Part shown: positions 54,501 to 64,000 of the stretch, one piece after another
Layout: the number at the start of each line of letters is the position of its first letter
Position numbering within the stretch: position 1 is the first letter of the stretch
Assembly: GCF_000150275.1 (NCBI RefSeq)
Contig: NW_002060947.1
Span: forward strand, 1,787,740 to 1,851,739
Length of the DNA stretch: 64,000 nt
Origin: Trichoplax adhaerens
Taxonomy: Eukaryota; Animalia; Placozoa
Direction: 5' to 3'
Translations under genes and position numbers: made by a program
Notes under the pieces: generated by a model
Told to the model about the DNA's origin: nothing
The model's input: the letters and a program-made list of their open reading frames with translations, nothing else
Database searches by the model: none

Positions 54501-57162
54501 CAAGATACATGGCTAAGACACTAAGCTATATCATACATTGTAACTTTTACTTAATATCACAACAGTTTCTCATCCTATTATTACTAATCGTACAATGTTT
54601 TTGTTGATTTCTCATTCGGATAGAGAATTCCTAAATCGAGAATTTCGTACTGCTTCTTACTAAAAGCCGATTGAATCTTTTCGCCTACGGAAATTAATTA
54701 ATCCAAATTATCTTTTACCAATTTTCAAGAGCTAAATATACGTAATTAAGCAAAGACAACATAATACAGGTAAAATTAAAACTTATCGACATTTAAGCAG
54801 ACCTTTTGTTAATTTTCCATCCTTGATTGCTAACAAGCCTATGACGCCTCGATAACGATCATACCATGAATCAAACAATAACGCTTTCAAAGGCTTTTGC
54901 TGATCACATGTCGGTCTGATAATAATTAATGGAGAAGAACGAATATGAATGAATTTTTGTAGTTGTTTCAATGGGCGATGCATTTTTTACTTTATATTAT
55001 ATTTGATGCAAACAAGAGTAAAACACATAACATACGGTGGTATTTTTTCGATAATTGTTGGTAGAAGCTGATCAATGCCTGTGCCATCTTTAGCAGATAC
55101 CTGTTCATAAAAAAAAGATTTGTCTAGAACAATTGAGATATTTTCTTATGCTAATAATCTTGGGTAGGATCTATAATAATAATCCTGTTGGATATTATTT
55201 GTTGTCTTGAAGAGCAAAATTAATTAGCCTTGTTTGAAAATGCTATAGATGCATCATATTTTAACCACATAAGCCTTTTCTCAAATTGATAGCACTTCAG
55301 TAATTTAATTACAGCTTCTATCTTAAACCTTCGAAGATTCCAATTTAAATATTGAAAAACTCCTTAGTTATTTATAATGAATTACTTTCATAGTTTCTTC
55401 AGGTTCAATATCAAATACTCTTTGTAGTTGATTAGCTATTCGGTCGGGATTAGCGCTTTTCATATCAATCTATCAGTGATAAAATGGAGCATTAATCAAA
55501 CGATCTCAAGTATTTACAATAATTTTGAGATAAGGTTTGTATAATAACCTTATTAAGGACAGGAATGATCTTCAAATCTGCCTCGAAAGCTAAGAAAAAA
55601 TTAGCAACAGTTTGAGCTTGAACACCTTGAGATGCATCCACAACTAGAAGTACACCTTGGCAGGCGGCAAGCGATCTCGATACTTCGTAATTGAAATCAA
55701 CATGGCCCTGTGTAAAAATAAGCTATTAGTTTTCACGCACTTTTTTGTTTAACAAGAGAATGATTTTATTTGCGCTTATTTTTGTTGATACGAAAGTAAC
55801 GCTCTTTTAAGCATGTTAATCTTCAATAGTCTTAACAATTGGAAATTTTGCATAAATATAACGGCAATACACTAAGCTTACAGGTGTATCGATCAAATTA
55901 AGGAGATAGGTTTCACCGTGATATTCGTAAAGCATAGAGGCAGTCTAATGAGATACAGTAGTAGAAGAGCCATGAAGATGAAGTAGCACAAGCACACAAA
56001 TACTGCTCGTACATGACATATAAGACCTTATCAACTATGAATCATATTAGTGTGAAGTTTTAGAATATTATGGGAAATTAACGTTAATCTTAATATTTCT
56101 ATTGAACTGTAATAACTTAGACAATATTAAAACCAGCAAATTAAGCATTTCACCTGAGCCTTTACAGTTATTCCTCTCTCTCGCTCTACTTGCAGCTTGT
56201 CTAAAACTTGTTTATTTTCTGCTGATTTTGGAATAACTCCTATGAAAAAGATCAACCATGACCAAAATTATACAGCCGCGACGTTTGCTAGTTAGTAGTA
56301 TTATGAATCATTAAAATTAGAATGATTTAAAATTAATCTGATTTGCATGAAATTTCATTATGGTACAGACATTTACAAACCTATGACAACTGTAATACAG
56401 TAAGGGTGTAGTATGGAGACTTACGAACAACTGAATACTTGTCTGATCTTAGCTTAAAATTGATAGTTTTATAAGTACTAGTAAGTAGTAACTATATTAC
56501 CTGCAATTTCAAGCAATCTATCCGCCAAAGTACTTTTGCCATGATCAATATGCGCAATTATGCTAAAATTGCGAATTTTTTCCACTGGAAATTCAGAGAG
56601 AGCCGTAATTGGCTATGATATCAGTAGAGACAGCAGTTTATAAAAGCTTATTTTAACATTAATTAAAGAATGATTATTCCTAATCGTAGCATGTCTAACT
56701 ATAGTGCATAAAACTAGTGTACAGTTTCGAAGGTACAAGATTGCATAGGAGAAAAGCAAGCACATCTTCAGCAAAAGTGTAAGAGATTACTGAGCGTAAT
56801 TTGAGAAATTGTCTTATCAAGCTGTAGCGCAGCGTAGGGGCATCAGTGTCAATCAAGCTTACGTATTACCTCTGCAGCTTTCGATGTAAGGTTAGTTGAT
56901 GTTGATAACCTAGCCAGATAATAAGGGCAATTTGATTCGAGTTCAAATTAAAGAATAGTACAGTAAAAATCTTTACTCTTATTTCTTGAACTAATTTGTG
57001 ATTATTTGCTAAGTCAAGTCTACCCGTCTTCAAATATCGTAACTTGTACCTCGCATGATGGCGTACGAGCGACACTGCAGCTGTATTTCTCACATACGAG
57101 GCATAGTGTTGCAATACTTTCCAGGATGGTTCTACCACCTTGCATCTTAAATTAAGCGTCAT
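51519..57162 (-). CDS. GUF1: Mitochondrial translation factor GUF1 (EF-4/LepA), ~19 exons
   Basis: Presequence-like N-terminus, then [97 protein letters not shown] and C-terminal [49 protein letters not shown]. Confidence 0.96.
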
Positions 57163-58303
57163 ATTGGTTTCTACGCCTGAACTGAGGGGGTAAATGTATA
57201 AGCTTTTAATCAATTAGAACTCCCATAGGCACATGGATTGAAACTTGGATCCACTTATCCTCGATAGCTAATCCATAGCAGATCCTCTAAAGCAGCTTAC
57301 CTGGTGACAGCTTGGATCAACTAGGTTATTTCATACCAAAATGTGGTAGAAGAAAGGCCCGTTACTAAAAGTCATCAATTAGATCGTAAAATAAGTTACT
57401 CATCTAGCGTACCATTGGGCAAATGCATGTAGAAAAATCAGTATTCTACCGTACATTCTGGATGTTAATACAGTAGAACAGCGGAAGTTTGCTTATCCTT
57501 TCACGGCCATTTTTGCAGAGGCTTGAGCACTGCAAGAGCTGTGCAAGATGCACACATAAAGGAAATCGCGGTACAGTACTTAGCCTTGAGTTTTCACTGT
57601 AACCTCGTTTTACAGTTCATACAGTTCATACAGTTTAGTACAATACATGTACTGTAATCCTTGAGTGTACAGTACTGTGCTAAAAATGCTTCCGATTTCG
57701 GTATACTGTACTGTCGAATGACTAGAACAACAGTCAATGGGCCATACGGTACGTACTGTGTACAGAACAGTATAATTTTATAGTATGACCTCAATGTTTC
57801 CATAGAAACGATCATCCATCAAGGATAGAAGGGATGGTTAGTCAATTGAGGACTTTTACATTTCCGTAGTTACTGCTAAAGTTATGCAATTAGGTGTAGC
57901 TGTAGTATGCGTAGATTATATCACTGTTTAAAGTTGATTTCTAGTATATTTGTACTCTACGATATATTCGATACAGTGAGTCAACAGTGTACAGTATAGG
58001 AGTGTACTTACATTACTCTATTCGCTCAATCTCCACTATCCAGTAGACGCTCCTACGTCAATAATACTGTACAAGTATTGAGTCAGACGATCACAGTCGC
58101 AGTTTATCATTAAATCCGAAACACATCAAAAACCAATAACCACTTAACATGTTAACATCAATCAATCCACTCTAGCTCATTAGATCGGATCAGTATACAC
58201 GGAATCAACACGTATTTCAGATTACAACTACAACATTAACAATTAAGAATTACGGTACATAATCATACCTTTTTTTGGTTAATTTGCAAGCCGTATTTTC
58301 ATC

Positions 58304-61300
58304 ATGGGGTCTGGTGCTTCATCAAAATCGAAGAACATTCCCGGTATATGAAATTTTATCATCGTTATTTTCTCTTCATTTATCGATTTGTGTTGTTCTT
58401 CGCGCAAATTTATGATTTAAAATTAAAATAAAATTAATGTTTGGTTATATGATAATGATACAGTTAGAAATATCTGAAGTTAATTGTGGTGTAATAGTAA
58501 TTTTGATTATTGGTCATGTTTCGATAAGTATACTTACCAATGGCATATTTATTTACCACCTTCACTTGCATTTTACTAGAGAATGAACTAAATTAAAATG
58601 AATTTATTCTTATAGATTTAAAAGTAAATTTAAAAGTGAAAGTTCCATCATTTAAAATTGTCCTTGTCGGTAAGTAATATGGCAAGTCAAGTTAAAGCAT
58701 TAATTATGTTTTAGAGTTATTGATCCTGATCGAACGGAGGCAGCGATAGCACAACTCTTTTGGTCTATAGATCAAAATAGTAATATATTTAAATTGTATT
58801 ATTTTACGTCATCTCCCGTAATACGAATTTCAAAGCCTAAAAATAGTCAAAGTGATCACAAATCAGACGTAATTTATTTTTATCAGACACAACGATAGAC
58901 AGTATGCGGACATGTTAGAAAAATACTTACATAGATATTACTGGGTTTCACCTTTATCTTAACAGGTAGTTGCGAAGTTGGCAAATCCAGCATTTATTTA
59001 AGATATACAAAAAATCAATTTGACTACAGCTATCAACCCACACTATCTGTTAATATCATTAATGTTACCAAGAAGTTAAACATACCCGCAGACACATTAG
59101 TATCGCTAACTTTATGGGATATGCCCGGTGAAGAAGATATGCAATTAAGGAGAAGTTATTATAAAGATCTTGATGCTGCAGTTGGTAAATTTCGATATAT
59201 ATCTTTTATCTCTTAAGTGTTAATGCCACCTTTTAAATTAAGATTTACTTTTAATCTTCCATCCTTAAACGGTAATATTTAGTGGTAGTCGATTTAAGCG
59301 ACAAAGACGATGTTGAGAGGGCCGAATTTTGGAAGCAAGATATTATTAATAACACGTTTGTCTCAACTGAGACAAATAATTTGGGTGATGATATGCAATC
59401 AAAGAAAAGAGCTGAAAACATATCTGATAAAAAAATTCCAGTTATACTTATGGGAAATAAGTTTGATAAGGTATTGGATAGCTATCAGTTTATTAGTAAA
59501 TAGGTTAAAGTGGCCGTCATTAATCTATGTCTTATAGTTAACTTAATTATACTCTTTATCCTGTATCATAGGTTGAAGCGAAGCTGCATGAGGGACAACT
59601 AGGCGGCGTTCCAGAAATTGTGCATACTCTCGAAAAGATTGCACAAGATAATGATTTTATCGGGAGGTAATAATAAATCGTAAATGTAAATTTTTTATCG
59701 TAGCTTTTACAGTTTGCTGTTTTCATAATTTTGGTTCCATTCTTATCAATAGCGTGACAGTTTCGGCGAAAAGTGGCGATGGCAGTGTTCATACGGCAAT
59801 GCAGTCATTGGTTCGTTATTTAATAGAGCAAAATCTTCAAGATGTTACTGAAAAGAAGCGTTCTTTAATGAAAGCATTAGCGAATAAAGGCAAAAAATTA
59901 CAGGAAAATGTTAAAGATAAAAAAGAAATTCCTCCTGAACAACAATTTCAGAAACTGGCAGTAGTTGGCATGCCTGAGGTTAGTAAATTAACATGCATAC
60001 GATTACTAAATAGTACTATAATAAAGTAAAAAGTTTTCTTACTAGTAATACGAGTATAAATCTGTAGTAATCATAATTGCTAGTAAACAGTGGATATACG
60101 AGTATGTATATTTCAGCATAAGTTTTTTTCGCCTAATTGATTCAAGGTTTTATAACTTCATTCTGTTATTTTATTAATTATTGTACAAAAGGATTCTACA
60201 AATTGTTTTGTAATATTTTGGCTAAAGTTATTTAGTATTTAGCATGGAAGGCGACTGCTGCTAACTTTTAAAGAGTTGATATGCAGTCTCTTACATCTCG
60301 TAAAATATCTTGATAAAATACTATACTAAATACCGAAATTGCATTTCCATTTTATTGTTTTGCCTTAAGAGTGATTAAATTTTTCTACAGACATTATGAA
60401 TTTACCGTTATAGTGTTAAAATATCTAGAATCTATCATTATCCGTATTGCTCTATGATGATATTGAATGATTATTATGAGACTGCCTCCGTTTTTGAAGG
60501 TTTAGCTCAGTAGTAATAATCACCTTACATCAACGAAAATTGTCAATGTAAAAGTGAAATTTCTGTAATAGTATCTACTATACTTACTAGATAATTCTTA
60601 TGATGTACTTTTTTGCCTATCTTTAATTTATTTAGTTTGATGACGAATTTGAGCAATGTAACATGTCTATGAAATTGCTGGTGGGAATTAGTGCGGCCTT
60701 TAGCAATTCATTATACAATTTTAGAGCTGCTTGTATGACAGCTAAAGCAATTTCAGATATTAAAGCGCCAATAGAAGAATGCCTTCAGGGTTTAGATACC
60801 ACCATTGGCGAAGATAATGATATCGAAGTAAGTTATTTAATTTTGAGTCATTTTGAAGTACTTAACAAACTCATTAAGTTTTTCAGCTCGTACGTAGTGC
60901 ATATAAATTTGCTAAATTGTGACAATAAGCTGGTTTTATATGTATTAGGCAAATCAAGATGGCGGATTAATTCAACTGATATTGTCTGAAAGCAATAAAG
61001 GTGCAACCGCCGAGCAAAGAAAAGTGATCAAAATTTTCAATTCAGAAGTACGTAGATAACGAAAGTGATTTACACGCATCGATAATGGAATTAATATCGA
61101 GACAGCATTTCATAAAACATTCGTACTTTTAAATTAGGTCAGCGTGGCTATTAACAAAATCACAAATTTGTGCCCTGGCATAAATTCGAGATTAGACAAA
61201 CGACAAGATGAGATTAAAGAATTACTTGAGAAAATAAATGATTTAAACACCGCCAAAATCATGTCACGTAAGGATATTTTAAGAGCTAGAGAGGTTGCAG

Positions 61301-61404
61301 AGAACAACTGTGATAGAATAGATACTGCTAAAAAACATGCAGAAAAGGCTTTGAAGACTGCGACAACAATCGAAAATAAAATTCTCGGTTCATTAGATTG
61401 GTAG
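58304..61404 (+). CDS. Atypical Rab-family (Rab32/38/29-like) GTPase, predicted N-myristoylated, with a C-terminal helical domain; 9 exons, 459 aa
   Basis: Exons 58304-58343, 58616-58669, 58966-59184, 59283-59470, 59572-59666, 59753-59978, 60636-60827, 60949-61047 and 61138-61404 join in frame (1380 nt). Motifs: G1 FKIVLVGSCEVGKS, G2 YQPT, G3 LWDMPGEE, RSYYKD, G4 IPVILMGNKFD, G5 VSAK. Confidence 0.88.
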
Positions 61405-62109
61405 TATTGAATTTTGACTTGTCGATATTAAAGTATGGAATTTAAGTTAAAAAATAAACTTTGTAACAACATTGTTTGTGATCGATTTGTAAGCCATTAA
61501 ACTTGTAATTATTTACAATTATAGCATAAATGTAATATTGTATAGTTTTTCCGTAAATCTTCATTGATATACTCTTTGACAAAAAGGCAACATAGACGCT
61601 ACATATTGGACGAATCAACTTTTGGTTGAAATGTAATTTTGTCTTGCAGTTTTTCTTAATTATAAATTATTGTTAGAGCTTTTATTTTATATAGTACCTG
61701 TCATACCATTGAATTTATCCTATGACTTTATCTTAACTTGGGCAATTAATGCTAGTTCAAATGTGTAATAGTACGGTACTCACTGGGTATATATTATGAT
61801 TTAAAAGGTATCGACAACACGGATACAGTTACTGGCTCCTGCAACGATTTTTACATGAATTTTACATGCAGTAAAAATAACAACAATAAATAAACTTTAA
61901 AGTTGAGCGTACGATACTCTTTTATTGCTGTTGGGTTAGTCCAACAAGTGAGAGTAAATTAAAAGAAGCGATAAACATCCTCCCTACAATTTCGTACCAT
62001 TCAAAAACATAGGTTTCTTATGAAGATGCAGAAATATAACTGCATGGAAAATAGTACAATTCATTTAGCATTTACGGTAAATACGATGTTTATAAACATA
62101 TACAGCCTT

Positions 62110-63859
62110 CTAAGTGGCCGTATTCATAGCTTTCATTACTTTCTTAATTCTTGAAGCGATTGACATATCGATATATTTATCATCGATATCGACAATCATG
62201 CCACCAATGATTTTTGGATCAACCTGACAATTGAATGACAATTTGAAACCAGCATTTAGCAAGATAGGTATAAATACGATTAAGTTATTATCTACTTCAA
62301 GGGAAGAAATACAATTATCATTGTAGTTATGGCTACTGATGTACCTCTGTGGCGATCTGAAGTTTTTGATTTTTTGCAATGAAACCTTGTAACGAGTCCT
62401 TAACATTTTTCAGCTGATCATTGTTTAATTTCTAGGAGACCAAGAATAGCGAAAAATTTATTAGAAGGATAGGTTAAAGTCACTTACTTTAGTATAAGTT
62501 GTCAATTTTAATTACCTTAGCGGTGGTGATGGTACATCTGACTTCGCCTCTATGAGCTTCCATAATACGAGAGAACGCTTCGATTATTTCGGAAGCACTG
62601 CCAAGACGATTATTTTCGGAAAGAGTACCTAATAAGAAAGTAGAAATGATACCGCACATTATAGCTTTACTATCAACACTTGAAATTAAGTATTAAATAC
62701 TGAAACACATACCGAAAACCTTTAATGATAATTCATGAGCATTGCGCTTTCTCAACAATTCCTCCAAAACGCCTAAATTTGTCCAGTAACATTAGTAAAT
62801 AATCATTTGATATGCAAAGTTTTTGCTATTATTATAATCACTCACCTCGTTTAACTTGTCTCTTCATGAAAGGATTAGCAATTAATCGTTCTAATTGAAT
62901 ATCGCTATCAATTGATTGCTAGAAAATCCAAATATGATAGAACACATGGCTATTCAGATTTGAATATCATTTGGATGACAGTTATTGACAGTCCTATTCG
63001 TTACTCTATTCCGGTTATCTAAAAGTAATCATGGCGGTTGTTGAATACCTTCATATCCATTAAGTCCTTTTCGACTTTTTCTAAGCACTTTTGTTTAGTA
63101 GCTGCTGAGTAGATAGCGTGCGCATAGCGACCTTGTACGCCAAATACTTTAATAGGTGCCTGCAATTAATACAGTGAGCAAGATAATTGTGTCAGAAAAA
63201 CTCGAGTACACATTCATAAAAGTATCGTATAGTCTAGTGCTGCTACATTGACGTTGCATATGAATAGTTGAATACTAAGCAATAGATTATTCAGTAATAT
63301 TGATTAACAACACGAAATCATTCAGTTTCGCCTTTGTATACATCATTTAAATCAAGTTTGCAAATGCTCATGACTCAAGTGGTTGCAAGATCATTTTATA
63401 GTATTCCAGATCTCAAGTTATCCACTACATAAACTGAAAAACTTTTGAAGCAAAAGGTTCAATCTACAATACCTCTATACATTCAATCTCCTTCCAGACA
63501 AGATTAAAAGTAATAGTACTTCTAATAACGTCAAAATAAATCTATTCCATTACCTTTGCTAAATCCGAGTGGACAGACGACGTACTTAGACATCGAACCT
63601 GTAAAAGGCAACACAGCATATGTTAATATCAGCTCTTCAGCTCTACACCATTTCTTGGCGCAGTCGGTTTTTGGTGAAGAAGTTTACAAGTAATCCTTTT
63701 TAGTTGTATCCTTCAGATAGTTAAGAGATTTTTGAATGAAGTTTAAAAGAATTTCCCCTTAAGTGCTGAGATATAGATTTGGAATAAAACTTGTGACTGA
63801 CTGTCTATCAGTGGACATTTTCGACTGGTCGACTACACGAAAGGTGTATTGGTTACCAT
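62110..63859 (-). CDS. ATP5PO: Mitochondrial ATP synthase subunit O (OSCP); first exon uncertain
   Basis: [11 protein letters not shown]..|[90 protein letters not shown]. The ATG is tentatively placed at accATG|gtaacc (63857-63859). Confidence 0.93.
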
Positions 63860-64000
63860 GGTCGACGAGAATTTTCTTCCCCAAAATAAACTAGCATATC
63901 ACAGGCGAGAGCGTCAATGGACTAGAATAGTGGCATTATACTACAGGTTTTTTTTTAAATTGAATATTGAAAAGTAGAACTTGTCTCAAAGCAAGTTGGT

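Overview
AT-rich, intron-dense eukaryotic (animal) genomic DNA; the compact introns and gene content suggest a non-bilaterian animal such as the placozoan Trichoplax (inference only). Eight multi-exon genes were reconstructed by hand from splice sites and reading phase: UBE2J1 (-), PEX7 (+), a protein with a JIP3/JIP4-type WD40 propeller and an unexpected CARD-like N-terminus (-), a Death-domain/NB-ARC/WD40 APAF-1-like gene (-), FIG4 (+), GUF1 (-), an atypical Rab32/38-like GTPase (+) and ATP5PO/OSCP (-). The intergenic DNA holds several unrelated degenerate tandem arrays. The most interesting points are: (1) the Rab-like GTPase has a predicted N-myristoylation site, no prenylation cysteines, Glu in place of the catalytic Gln, and a ~200-aa helical C-terminal domain; (2) the CARD-like/JIP-propeller gene lies in tandem with the DD-APAF-1-like gene; (3) an exact ERSE-II/UPRE composite lies between the divergent UBE2J1 and PEX7 genes. 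No prokaryotic systems, CRISPR arrays, tRNA or rRNA were seen. All family assignments come from recalled motifs, not database searches.
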